From a virus (Duplodnaviria > Caudoviricetes), in IMG/VR virus record IMGVR_UViG_3300027672_001796: 64,000 nucleotides of DNA; one strand, given 5' to 3'. The position numbers and the translations under genes were made by a program. The stretch's first letter is position 1; each line of letters starts with the position of its first letter. The notes under the pieces are model-generated. The model saw nothing but the letters and a program-made list of their open reading frames with translations, had not been told where the DNA came from and ran no database searches. Of the stretch, positions 27,851 to 42,800 are shown in pieces.

Positions 27851-30800
27851 TTAAGTACCTTGTATGAATCCTACTATACTATTAACGTCAGTTGAGCCCG
27901 ATGTATCACTTAAACTTGTAGTAACATAGGAACTATCACTGTCATCTGCTAACCAGTTCAGGTCTTGTGGATCTCTATAACCAGCCAATTTAATATTTTG
28001 TGTTTCTTCACCGTTGTATACTTTACTGCTTACTGCAATAATTGGGTTAGCCGTTGTACCTCTAGTACCACGTATAATGCCTAGCAACTTATTACTTATT
28101 GAGTCAATGCCTGTATACTCTATTCTTTCTGAGTTAATCCATATAACACCTTTATTACTAGCGGATGCGTTTGGTAAAACATCAGCATCTGCTACTGTAA
28201 TGGTAGTATCCCACTCATTAACTATTGCTGTAACTGTTGTTAATCCTGATGTCGAACTTCTATAAAAGTCTGTTCTTCCAAATAGATCCATAAACACAGT
28301 ATGTCTAACTGGTTTAGAACTTGCTGTTCCTATTGCAATATTGCCATGTGAAACGTTACTTGTATAAACATTCATAACTAATGTTTCAAATGGTTGTATA
28401 ACAATAAGTTCTTCCGGTCTGTCTGGTCCGTATCCTGACTTAGTAAATGTTACTGCATCAAATCCGTATACTGTTTCGTTGTTAACTCTATAGTTTACAG
28501 CGCCTTGACTATCAGTATCAAACACACCGTGGAAGTTATTAACTGTTACATCTTTATCCCAAACTTCTTCATCCCATGCAAAGAAGTCAAAGCCTCTTGT
28601 ATTAGTGTAGAATGTAGTTGGGTGTGTGCCTGGAACAATATCCATAAACACATTAGCATCTAATATCTCGCCGTTAAAGTCTCCGCCAACTGCTGTCTTA
28701 ACTAAACTTAATGTATAGTTTAGGTTGCCATCGTTAACCATGTTAGTCATAATAGCTTTATTAGTTGTTATAGTTGTATTTGCTCCTGCGCCAGTGCCGT
28801 GTGCTGAATCCATAGCATGTACAAATGCTGTTCTAATATGTGTATTGAACTTAAACTCTCTGTCACTTGCTCTCCAATTAACACTAGTGTTGCCCATTGC
28901 GGCTTCTGTTGTGCCTTCAATACTTATAATGTTTTTAGCAATACTTTCTTTTAATGTTTCTTTAGCAGGGTTAAAGCCGTGTACTGATTCAAAGTCAAGT
29001 ACATCACCTACTTGTATTCCACCTAATGTTGGATTGTCTGTGTATGCTTTATTAAACTCAATTTTGTTATCTGCAATATTATATGTCCAGTTAGTAACTG
29101 CGCCGGCTAGTAACGTACTAGCACTAACGTTTGGTACTACTACGTCATTATGCCTAACTGTTAAACTAGAAACATCACTTGCATCAGTAATGTAAGGTAT
29201 GAAGTTAAATGGTACTTCAGTTAAGTTACTGGATGCTATTACTCGCTGTGTCTTTGTTGTAAGCGAATTTTGATACAAGTCTGAATTAACTCTATCAATT
29301 ATAATCTTAGTGTTTATTTTTCTTACTGGAGCATTACTACTTACAAATCCTGCGTATGCTGTATCGCTGTTAAGTATAGTTGCATCAGCTGTAATACTTG
29401 CATCTAGTATACGAACAGATGTTGCATCCTCATCAAAGTATGGAGGTCTATCAAAGTCACTAGTTGATCCCTTCAATATTTCTACTGGAGCTTTCTTAAT
29501 ATCTCTATAGTTTCTAATCTTACTACTGTAAGGTTTAACTTCATTGAAGTATTCAACTGCTTTGCTAAAGTTATCAACTTTTAATCCTTTAAATTGGATT
29601 AAGTCAGTTTCTTCTTTTTGTACATTTAAGTATGTAGATTTAAACGCCCAACTCAATTCTATTTGTTCGCCTATTGCAAACTTAACCATACTAAAGAATA
29701 ACTTGTTCCAGTAAAGTTTATGTGTGCCTATGAATACTTTAGTGTACAAGTGATGTAGTATTTGTCTAATCTCTTTTCCGATTTCAAGTTGTTGCTTATC
29801 AGTGTATACCTTTTTATTCCACTGTACCGTTTCGTTTTCCATAGCAATCAGTGTAAACTTGTTATCTGTTTTAGTGTATTCGAATAACTTATATTTAGAA
29901 GTAGCAGTATCTTGTACTTGTATAATACTCTTGTCTAGTAAGTTTTTTATTAACTTTAATTGCTTTTCAGTTTTAACTCGTCTAAGTGGTCTATAATCTT
30001 CGTTATAATAAATTTTAGTATTTTTTACTTTGTTAGTTCGTAGTAACTTAAACCAGTTAGAAGTTATTAAATGAGGAGTTGAAGTTGGTAGCCCAACTCT
30101 CCAATCTGTAAATACTGTGTCCATTTGTAGTTCTGAGAATATGTCGTTCATTGTTTCGAACATTTGCTTTCTAGCCGCTAAAATATCCTTAAACATTGTT
30201 TGTCTAGGTCTAAACTGTGAACCGTATCTCTCGCCTTCACTAAGTCCTGCAACAGGAACAATTTCGTTTATAGCATTGTATCCTGCTAAACTGTCCATAA
30301 CCTTAATACTTAGGTTGTGCGGAATAGTTGCATTAGTATTGCCTTCACCTGCTAAAGTCCAGCTGGTGTGCTTCTGCGATAATCCAGATTCTTTTCTTCT
30401 AAAGTTTAAACTTACAATAGAGTCTTCAGTTTTAATTAAATCGCCTAACTTATTAATTGTCATTGCTTCCGGAGAAACAAGTGCAAAATAAGGCATTCTG
30501 TTTCCTTCAGGATTATCTAACAACTGTTCAAGCTCTTGTGTACTTTTGTTTCTATTGTATTTCATCATCGCATCGTTAGATACTTCACTTATGCCTCTAA
30601 CCCAATAGTAGTACGAAGTTATTGTTTTGCCTCGTTTGTTTATTGCTTTCTCATCAATGTATGCACCACTGTCTATTGCTGTTCCAGGTCCTGCATATTC
30701 TATTGGTGGTACAGTATTTCGTGTCCACTCGTAAATTACAATTTCACTTCCTGGGAATTTAGAACCCCAATCATTGTTTCGTTGCATATTATTGTAAGCA

Positions 30801-33800
30801 AATTGTCCGTATGTTCCTTTACCTTGCTCGTACCAGTTATATCGTACTTTACTAGTATCCCACCAAGTTTGTCCTACTTGCTCTTCGCCAAACTTAGTAT
30901 ACGCTGGATCATACACAATAGGATCATTCTCTACTTTGTAAGTAATGTCCTTATCTATGAATCCTGGTATAATACCTTTGAATGGATCGTATAAGTTAAT
31001 ATCAAATTCTTTTACAGCCGTATCAGCATCGTAAGTAATTACGTCATCTATGAATGCAATGTCTGTTAATGTTTCTTGCTTTCTTATTACTGTACCGCTT
31101 TCTAAATATGCCCAGCCGTTACCACCGTAGTTATCAATCCATACATTGGCATGGTCGGCTAATGTTAATCCTGCTTCAGTGTCATATCTCATGCTCTGTA
31201 ACAATAATGGTTTAACGTCTTGCCTTGTGAGGTTCGTGTTAGTAAACACAACAGGGCTAGTGCCGTCTACTCCTCTAAGTTCGTATTCATACAAGTTTGC
31301 TATTGTACTAGCATTACCTAATCCCATTCCTAAAGTAAAGCCTTGCGTCCATGGAAGGTTACCTTGCCAACCGCCGCCACGTCCTAATAATCCTGCTGTA
31401 CTGTTAGCGCCTGTTAATGCAGAACCAGTAACGTCTAATTGAGGATCAATGCCAGTGGAGTCGATGTTCTCAAAGTTTGGATAAGTTCCACACACATAGT
31501 CACCATCTGTAATGCCTAATAACTGTAGTAGTCCTGGGTTAAGTTCATCACCTAGTCTTATACCACTAATGTTTGGTCCGCCCATAAGTAGTTCGCCGAA
31601 ACTAGCAAGGTCGCCGTCACCGCCGTCACCGGTGCCGCCGGCTCCGCCTAATCCTCTGCTACCGTTTCTGCCGTCTCCGTTATTATCTCCATCTGGATTT
31701 AAAGGTCGTCCGTCCGGTCCGTATTGTACTTCGTCTGCTCCGAACCAAGGGTTACCATTTTCGTCTAATGGACTCCATAAAGTAATGTCATCTGCTAATT
31801 GTCCTAATGGGGAACGCGGAAGAATCATGCCATTTGGCAGTCCTAAATCGTTGAGTGCATTACCGGCTTCGCTACAGCTAGGAATATCTCTTGCTGTTAA
31901 GAATACTCTACCGCCTGAACCTGCACCAGGCTTATTCAATGTGCCCAAAGTATCACTGTCGCTTACACCTGTTGTTTTACGTTTAATATCGTACTGTATT
32001 GGTACGCCAGCGTCTAAGTCACTTGGGAATATTTTGTATATGCCTCTATCAATAACTTGTATATCTGTTATGCCGCCATAGCCGTCAACGCCTGTAATAA
32101 CAAACTTAGCAGGTCTCTCCATAACTGGCCCGGGTTTAAGTCTCGCGGACACTTCCGCATCTCTACCTTGTCCTCTAACAGTAATAGTTGGAGGATTATC
32201 TATGCTATAGCCAGAGCCTCCTAGTTTCAAGCCTACTGAAACTATTCCGCCATTTGAATCGTAAGTGATTGCGTCATAGTCTACTAATGCTCCGCCACCT
32301 GGTTCGCCACGTTGTCCAATCTTAAACGTTATAGGTGTAGCCATTCCATTTGTAAGGTAGCCACTGCCTGGGTTATTAACTGTGAATTCCTCAATTGGAC
32401 TAACGCCTTGACTTACTACAGGTGTACCACCCATAAGTCTCATTATGGCTCCGACTTCGTAACCTGTACCTGCTGTAATACAAATACTGCTTTTAACAAG
32501 AGCTTGTCTGTTTTGTTCTGCTGTTACAGTATTAGTAGTATATGATGTAACATGTGTAGCAACATCCAACGTACTTGACGTGCCGCTGACAGTATGTCTA
32601 GTTGCGCCTGCGCCAGTTGTAGTTGGTGTTACTGTTGTTTCTTTATTAAAGCATACTTGATTATCTTGCTTAATAGAATAGTCTAACACTTCTTTATATA
32701 TTCCGCCTGCACAACCATTTCTAATTATCATTGGATCTGATAACTTGTTTCTGATCATTAAGCACTTTTCTTTAGTTGCTGAATCTACAGTAATAAGAAC
32801 GTTAACTGATGTTGTTTGACTTAGTATCTCTTTCTTAATTGCTGTTAATTTAGTTGAGCCACTTAGCAATATGCTATCACCGTTAATAAAGAACGAGTCA
32901 CCGGCGCCAACCATTTTAGTTTGTCCACATATTTTAACTCTAGCTTTAGGCTTACAAATTGGTACATTAACTGTTCCACTTACTGGAGCAACTGTGCCTG
33001 ATGTTGAATTCTTCTGTAAAGCTGTTAATGAAAGATAGCTAGTACTTGCTGTATTGTTCTGTTTCTGATTAAGACCTACACCAGATACTAAACCAGTTCC
33101 GCCAAATATTGCTCCGCTGGTCATATTGCCGTTAACACCGAACTGAGGAACTCCTGATGGTGCTTGGTTAATAGGGTATGTTTTGTATATTGGGAGATTA
33201 ATAGATCCCATTCCACCATAGCCGCCTGAGCCTCCTAGGTGTACCATGTTCTGTCCTACGTTTAATCTGCTATTAGAATAGCCACCTATAAAGTTATGCG
33301 CCATGCCTGCTATGGGTGGGTATAAAGGAAAGCCGTGTATCTGTGTTTGGTTTGCCAATGTTACCAAATTAGTATTCTGATTTCCGTTTGGAGGAGGATT
33401 ACCAACTCCAACTGATCCCTTACTTGGGTAGCCGGCTCCGTTAACATCGTCTGCTGGATGTTCCATGTAATATTTAAATGCTGTACTTGTCTTCGAATCT
33501 TTGTCTAGAGTAATAGTAATATATCTGCCTTTACTAGCATCATATGTAAATGATATTTTGCCATTTTCTTTAACAAAGCCGTTACCATGTTCTGAATAAC
33601 CTTGATTTAATAACTGACCAGGGCCAACATTATTTTGTTGCCACGGTGTCATTCCAGCTGATATTTGCCATTTAACACCTGACCATGCATGTATATCTAC
33701 TTTGTCTATAGGACTTAATGTACTTGCAACGCCTGTGCCTGCAATCTTAGATCCAGTCGATCCTGCATGAGTACTTTGGTAAACTGTTAGTCTATCTTTA

Positions 33801-36800
33801 GCACTATACATATCAAACAATATTCTAACTGGATATGTTTGAGAAGTGTCTTCCGCAAACTTGTACTTAAATGTTTCTGTTTGTCCTCTGCCCTGCGTGT
33901 TCATCTCATTTACAAATACAGATGTAACTGGTGGTACCGGAGGTTTCGGTGGTACCGGAGGAGGTGGAGGACACGGATCATCGTGCTGTGTAAGAGATAT
34001 TAACGGTGTCCAGTCAACTACAGTTGTGCCTGTAGTTGCCACACTTGCACCTGGGCCTGTCTGTCCCTTGCTAATTGTTGATGGTGGAACAATTGTTTGA
34101 ATCGGTTGTGGCGGTAGTGGGTTGCCAGCTGGATCAGTAAAAGGCCACCCTTTGTTTGGTGGTGGTGTCGGTATCGGATTCGCTATCACCGGAATACTAA
34201 CGCCTGGAGCAGGTGGATTCGATGGCATCTGAGGATAACCAAGTCCTGTATGTACAAGCTGTTGCTGTAAAGTATTATATGCTACACCTCTGCCTACTGC
34301 AGAAGGTATAGGATTTTGTGTTGTTATGTTAGGAATAATATTATTTACTAGAGGTGTTCCACTCACAAATGGAAGCACTGGTAAAGAATGACCTATACTT
34401 GAATTTGGTTTACCGGCACCGCCCATGCCTGCGCCGCCTTGTTGGAAATACGGTGTGCCGCCCTTCGACGCTGAACCGCCCCTCATCAGTTTATTTACTT
34501 GGTTCATTATTCCAGTAATTCCTGTTAAGGACATATACATGGAATCACATTGTACTAATGCTCCCGACTTAATAGCCATCTGTCTATTAATCTCATCTGC
34601 ATATTCTTGTGAAGTATGCATTGGGAACGCTGTTGCAACTTTGGCTCCATTAACCATAATATCGCCATCATGTTTTGATATTAAGTATGCTTCTGAATCT
34701 GCGCCACCTGTTGTTGGCAATGTATCTGTGCCGTGTACTTTATATTCTTTTTCTGAAACATATCTAATTCCGCCTGTTGCGTACGGATGGTCAAACCCAA
34801 ATCCTTCTAAACGTATAACAGTAGAGCTAGGTACAGATTCAACTTTCCATGCCCAGTTATAATAGTTCGGTTCCATGTCAACAATGTTTATAACTTTGTT
34901 TACAATTGTGTCTGTTCCATCTGTGTCTAAAGTATGTGCTTCTTCTAAAGTAACTTCTACCTGGTCTGTCATCATAGTTGCATTGCCAAATGCATTATCC
35001 TGGAATGTAAGACTTGCTGTGCCTGTCGCTGTTGCATTTTGAGATAGTACCACTCCTGTTACTGTAACTTCTGCAACTGTTGTGCCTCCAGTAATGCCTG
35101 CGCCACTTACTAGCATACCGGATGTTACTACTGCATTCGGTGAAGCGATAGTTGCCGTTGTACTGCCACTAGTTGTACCTACTGAAACTACAACACTTGT
35201 AGGCTCTACAAAATCTCCGTACACACTAATTGTAGTTGCTGATTTCCCAACAACTCTGTATACACCTGAATAGTAACCTGCGTTGTTAATTTTAACAACT
35301 CCTAAGTTTGCAACTGTTGAAGTGTTCATGTCTGTTGTAAATACTAAACCGTTATTAACTGCTAAACTTAATGCACTTGAACTAACATTTGAACTAAAAG
35401 TACTTTCAGTAACTGTGAATGTTGTTATAATAGAATTTGCTGTACTGTAATTATTTGTTCTCTTAGAGAACTGTATAGTCGCACCGTTTGACATTGTAAC
35501 TGCTGTGTCTACTACCATTGTAACTGCATCAGTTATAGCAGTAACTTTAGTGTTAGCTGGTATCCCAGAGCCACTTACAACATGTCCAACTTGAATAGTG
35601 TTATCGCCTGCTGTAATGATTATAGTAGTTGCACTAGATAATGCACCATTAATTGTTGTGGAATAAATTCCTGTATCAGTTGTATCAACTAATGTTGTTG
35701 CCATTGTAGACGGACTTACTGTAACATTACTTGCTTTATAAGTATTACCGTTTAAGGCACCTGTACTTGAATCTGTGAACGTTATATACGAGCCTTCTTC
35801 AAAGTCGTTCATTGAAGTAGTGCCTGTATAAGTTAAGTTAACTGTGTTGCTAGTACCAACGTTGGCATCTAGAGCAAACGTTTCTGAAGTATTAATATAA
35901 TAGTTTACTGCTGAAACATTACCACTTACTGTTGGCTCAATTTTTTCTATTAACAATCTTAACGGCTCTTTATATCCAATGCCTGAAATTGTTACAGAAT
36001 TTTTAACAACTTGATCTTCATTTAAGAAGTATCCAACCGGAGTATTAACTTCCATAATAGTGTTATCAAACATCTTGTCACCATCAGCAAGTTCGATATT
36101 TGCATAATAACTATCTAGTGCAATGCCTTCACGTTTTAATGCTATAACATTATCGTAATAGTTTGTAATGTTTGCTTCGTCTGTTAAGTAGTTTGAGTTA
36201 GCATAAGCATCTAAACTTATGTCAGTGTACAACATTGTTGTACCTAAATTATCGTTGAATTTAATATAAGCAACATTACTAGTAGCATCAAATCCTGTGG
36301 GTTGAACTAACTTGTATGCATTAAAGTCTGAATGCTCACTAACAGCAAAATGTACTACATCATTTTCTTGAGGTATCTTATTAGCTGGACGAGAATCAAT
36401 ATCAAATAATCCTGTAAAATCATTTAAGTTCATTGCTTGGTATGCCACGTTGTACGAGGATATGTAACCTGCGTTTGGTAGTGGAGTATACTTGCTGTCA
36501 GTAATACCTGTGAAGTCAACATTTTTAGTAGTGGGCCACAAGTCTTTAGTTTTCATATCTGTTGGTCTATGAATAAATCTTGTGCTATCATCTACGTCAA
36601 TTAATATAGTCGAATCCGATAAGTCGTCTGGTGTTATTTCTAATGTTCGTTGTTGTTTTAGTCTTGCCGCTAATGCATCCTCGGCTTTAACTTTAATATT
36701 TAATGTGCTACCAGGTAAGTCACCTTGATATGCTTCTGCAAAATCTACTGTTGCTCTTTCAATAATTGTGATAGGAGTATTTTCGTTTAACTCTCCACCC

Positions 36801-39800
36801 GGTAGTTTAGTTACATCATAAAATGTAATAGTAGAATTATGAGTACCAGCATTATTATCTATTGCAAAACCGTTTGTTCCGTCTGTCTCTAAAGCATCAC
36901 TTATTAGTGTGCCGTTAATAAGCACTTCTATATGCGGATAGTTACCGTTTATAATTTGTAAGTTGTCTATTGCAATGTTACCTGCTTCCGGAGTTGCTTG
37001 ACTAGTTACGTTGCCTGACTCAGGAGCAAAAGTAAATGCTAATGATCCAGATGTTGTTCTTTCAGTAGGAACAATAGTTGATCTGCTACCAGAATCGAAT
37101 TCCCAATTAACAGTATTGTCTTCTTCTACGGCTACTACTGTTGTGCCATTGATATTAACAATAACGTTAGTGTTCGTTGTGGCGTTTGCAGTTTCAAAAC
37201 TGTATCGCTGTCTAGGTTGGAAACGCTTAGAGCCAGTATTAAGAATAATATCTGCTGAGTTATCTAATTTTAATTTGTTTACAAGGTCATCTTTTTGTGC
37301 ATCGTTGGCACTACTTACAGTAAAGTCGTTACCTGAAAGTTGTAACTTGTAGTTAGTGGACGCCGCTGTGCCCAGTGTAAGTACTGATGCTGTAACGTTA
37401 GCGTTGGTATTAGCGTTGGTGTTAATTGCTTCTGCAACAAGTGTAACATTACTAGACGAACTGAGGTCAATGAACGATGCCGCATTTGCGGAGAAGTTAT
37501 CTGTTATGCTTATACCAGTTAACACATTAGCACTAAAGGATCCTGAGCTATCTAAGAATGCATTACTAACAGCATACGGCTTACTGAAGTAAGTTGTAAT
37601 ATTTGCAGTAAGTAACTGTGCCGCTACAACTGTTACACTAGGATTAATAGTATAACCATATCCTGGTTCAGTAACTGTAACATCTTTAATAGTACCGTCT
37701 GTGTTCAAGTTAACAGTTGCTTCAGCAGTTGTTCCACCTGCGTACATAAATGATCCTGGGATCTCTGCTGGTGGTCCTTCAATTTCTAAAACAGGTACAC
37801 TATAGAATTTAGTAGTTGCACCTAGTAGTTCCACTTCACTAATTACACTAACAATATCTTCCGGATAAACAATTTGTATTAATTGATTTTCGCTTGTAAT
37901 TTCTGAATCTTGTATTTTAATATCTAGTCTCTGGTTGTTTTGAACGTCACCAAAATCTCCAGACTTAAGAGCCCACTCGTCGTATACTGCTATACTACCA
38001 GGAACTAATACTTTATCACTGTTAAGTAATTTTTCAATACTTGCCTTAGTACCCTTGTCTCTAATCATACCATTGTAGAAATCGAATTGGTTATCGTCTA
38101 CAAGTTCAAACTCTCTTAGATATTTTCTTTCGGTGTAACCATACTGTCGTCTACTTGCTTCGTATACTTGTCTTTCAACTGGTACATGACCGATCTCATT
38201 GTATCTACCCATGTCTTGTGCAAGTGTATCGTAGTTTGGCTTTAAGCCATCTTCAGTAATTAAGAAACCTTCACTCATTAACGAGCCTGTCCAGTTTGCT
38301 GTTCTCTTACCTTTAACTTTTAATCTTTTTTGTCTATGCCCAAACACTGTGTCGTAAATTGTATCTCCAAACACAGTCTTATTATTAATAAGCATAGCAT
38401 GTTCTATACTATTTGTATGGATAATAATTCCAAAAATCTGCGAGTTAGTTGGTGGAGTAACTTCAATAGTACTTCCTTCTCTAACAATTAAACAGTCTGT
38501 TGGTAAAATCTTTTTACCAGTTTCGTCTAATATACTAAACTGTCCTTTAAATGATTCTGCAATCTCGCTTATTCTACCTTCAATGGAAGTGAACTTAATT
38601 TTTCTTGCCATTGGACTTAGGCTTAATGTATTACCAGTTGCCCACTTACCTAAACTCCAGAATAAAAATTGCTTGCCTGAATATACCCAGTCACTAACAT
38701 CATTTATTTCGTTGTTGAAGTCGTTAAAGTCGTAGCCTTGTGTTTTCTGCTTTCTTCCTAACTCAGTTAAGAACTCAAATACTTCGCCTATAGTTTTATA
38801 AACTGTGCCGTATTCTACACGTTCTGTTACGCCAGTTCCTTCTAAGTAGTAAGTTGCTTCAGCGGCATTAACCATTGGCAATGAGCTGAGCCTTTGATAA
38901 AATTCTGTATTAGTTACTGCTGTTGCTTTTGCAACTGCACTTTTTGCCTGGTAGTAGTTGTATCCAGACTTAACAATATCGCCTGCGTTGTATGAGAGTG
39001 TAGCCCCGTAATTTGAAAAGTCTGCTGGTTCGCCTCCAACACTTACTTCTGTACGTTGCCCTTCTTTATTAGAAGGCTCAACTTCAAAGAATCTCTTAGT
39101 ACTGCTGTATCCTGAAAGTTTGTAATACCCGTCTGCTGTAAGCTCAACTATTACACCAGTGTATTGGTTTGTAGTTGTGTAAGGTCCAACGTGAACACTT
39201 ACTTGAATATCTTCGTGTGGAAGAATTAAACTTGAACTATTACCTGTTATGCTGTAGCTATCGCTGAATACTGTCATAGTATCTTTGTCAACAAAGCCAG
39301 CAAACTTATGTCCTAGTTTACCGTTAACTGATTTAAACGGAGTAGCAAATTCTGTTTTGGTGTTTATACCATGGAATCGTAAGTACGAATCAATAAATTG
39401 TGTATACCCTGTGTTAGTAAGTAATGTTTTATTGTCAGCGGCAGTATTACCGTGTACAATTGCATCTTTAACTTGGTAACGTTTAAATGTTGTTTTGTCA
39501 AGTAGTTGTAAAGGGTTTGCTGAACTTCTAATAATTTTTTCTGGCTCTGCAAACACACTAGCAAACTTACCTGGCTTTGTGAGGAATAATGCTTCTGCTA
39601 TTGCAAAAGGATATTGCTCTGACATCTTCCAAGCATTCTCTACTGGAGCTCCATCGCCAAATTTCCATTCATTAGCAACCTTTGTAACGTCACTAGTGTA
39701 TGTAGTTGTCTGTGTATTAACTAATGAGTAATTCTCTGTGCCTGCTGTAGCAAATGTGCCTGCACCTAATATGTTGTTTGCAAGGTCAGTTGTAGTAAAT

Positions 39801-42800
39801 CTAAACTTAGGACCTACGGTGTACGGATATGCTGGAGCGCCAGCAGTATCTATTGTGGCAACATACGCCCATACGCCACTTGGAAACTCTGGAGTTACCA
39901 TAAAGCGTCCATTAAATTCGTCTAAGTCACCTGTTGCAGTATCGAACACATAGTCCTCTATGAACTCGCCTGTAGGTATTCCGCCTACTCCTAGTGCATA
40001 AGTATCTCTTGCGTTTGTTTTTAAACTATAACTAGATACTAAACGTTTAATATCACTAGTATCGTTTAATCTGTCTGTATATCCATATGGCCCGTAAATT
40101 GGCAAACCATCAAATGCCCAACCAATTATTGGACTATGCGTTGATGTACTCCATGCACTAAGCCCAACTGTTTTTGGACTAGGCTGTACATAACCATAGC
40201 GGTTATTTGCATCTGGGTTTCCACCTGCTGTATCTCTGCCTACTTCGTTTCTGTACATAGCATTGTAATGCCAATTGCTAGTAGTATCAATAGTAACACC
40301 TGTGTTGCCGTTAAATACTAAACCTCCGTTAACTGCAATACCTGTATGCGTTTTAGCAGTAGTTGTGGCTGTAACAAATTGTGCCGCTGTAGATGTACTT
40401 GCATCTGAGTAATGATTGGCGTCGGTAGCATCTGCTATAACTTTTATTGTATATTTCGATGTCTTGTCTTCTACAAAAGCAGTACTATTACTAATAGGGA
40501 ATGTTCCAATAACATGATTTAATAAGTTACTTGTTGTTACATTAATGTGCGTAGTGGTGCCGTCTGTTCTTTCGTTTATATGTAAACCGTCTGTAGTTCC
40601 TACAAACGAAGTTGCACTAGCTGTTGCTGTGCCAAGCTCTGCTTGAGTCCATACTGTGGTTCTAGTTGTGGACGCTGTGCTTGAAATATTTGCTGGTGCT
40701 AATAACTTAGCATCTGCGTCTACTGGTAACATACTCTTTAATCCAATACGTCTGTAAGGATTATTAATTTTGTATGCTGAATTATCTACATTCTTTGTGG
40801 TGCCTTGCCTAATGATACCGTTTTCAATATCACTCCACATTGGTTTGTTGCCACTACCATAATTAGTATTTGTTGTTGTAATATATTGAGTGTCCCACCA
40901 GCTTGGCTTTTTAACAAGTCCCAACATTTCCCATGGATGCGTATGTGGTCTAGCAGTATCAAAACTATCTTCAAAAATGCCTCTCCAGTACCCAGCGTTT
41001 GCTGTGCCTGAGTTATAGTTCCATGTAAACGGTTTATCAACATCGTAATATTCGTTTTCAACAAAGTCCGCTTCGTTTCTTGCAATAAATTTGTTAAAGT
41101 TTTCTCTTAAAATGTTGTAGTATGCAGTTCTAGAAATACCAGTATTTCTAAATGTTCCTGGTCTAATATCGTGTACATTTAAATCTGGATAATTTAGTTT
41201 GTCTCTATAAACTTGTTGTACGCTGTTGTAAACTCTCTTTTCAAATTCTAATAAAATTTCATCTTGCTTATCGTTGTCTGCAACTGTTCTACTGCCGTCA
41301 TGTCCAACTATAACGTTAATTGCTTCTGCAAATGATGTATCAGACATAATTTTTGGTAACTGTACAGGTGTAATACCCATAGCAGATGTAGTTGGAGGAC
41401 ATTGAGCACTTTCTCTATTTTTGTTAAAGAATCTAACTTTAATAGTATTGCCTAATGTTAACGTATATTCTGTTGTAAATGATAGAGTACACACGCCGAG
41501 TTTGCCAGCCATTGTATAATCTTTATCTATTAATAATAATACATCATTGCCTTTAGCATCTTGATCATAAACATGAATAGCATTTTCTATTTTATCTAAA
41601 TTTAAGAAGTTAGATAGTGTGTATTCTTTTTGTACAATATTATTAATAAGAAGTAATTCTTCATCATACCTGTCGCCTAATGCTAACATGTAACTGTAGT
41701 CAAATACTAGTTTACCTGGATTGTATGCTATGACGTTTTGTAGAACGTCTTCCAATATTGCATGGTCTGTCATTACTGTTGTATCGTTAGCATCGATATA
41801 GCGTTTAATTTCTTTCTTTAATCTGTTTTTATATTTTAGATACTCATCGCCGTTAAACTTCATTGCATCTACAATGTTAAATTTATCGTTGCTTACAAGG
41901 AATCCTGCCATCTGCAAATCGTCGTCTGTTTGCACAATTTTGTTTGCAAGAGTTTTATCGTCATCTAGGCTAGCAAAATTGTTATCACCTAAAGCATTAC
42001 CAACTATGTTAGTTTGCTCTTGGATATAGTCCTTAACATGTTCTAAATACTGCGGTTCACTAATAGTTAATACATCAGATTTTTCAGTATTAGCATACCA
42101 GCCTAACGGTAATTCATATCGCCCGGTTCGTTTCTTGTCTTGTATTATTCCAGTAGTTGTTGGAGTAGTAATTCTAATAGTATCATTCTTTACTACATTG
42201 AATGTTGTAAACTCTATTGCTTTTAACGTAGTGTTGTATGTCCAGTCTGCTCTACGAATTCCATTTACTTTTACTCTAATTTTAGTAGCATCAGACGGTA
42301 CAGTAGTAAGGTTCCAGAGTGTGCGTTTATTGTCGATGTCAAGTTGCGATACTTCAAAATCGTCTTCCACTTTCTGTTTAAATGAGTCTTTATGTCCACG
42401 CCATGCTGTGTCGTAAGTAATTACTCCGTCAGTATCTGTCTTCTTATAATAACTATAACCTTTTACAAAGCTAGTAGTTGTGCCGCCGAAAGGTGTGTAA
42501 CTAATTACATCACTAGACATGTTATTATCAAACACAATTTCACTAAAGTTATTAAAGTTTTTATATTCTAATGGGAATCCTAATACACTGTCGTTAGTTG
42601 AACTAGTAAGTGCGTCCTTATAGGAAAATAACTTAGTTCCTTTGAATGATGAACTTGGATACGTTACTTCGTTGCCAACAGATTTTTTACTAGAGTCGTA
42701 TGCCGCAAATAATGGCGCTGAATTAACTTTTGTCTTTCTTTGACCAACAATCCATTTTGTTCCAGACCAGTAGTATTCTTTACCTTGATGTTGCACTCCA

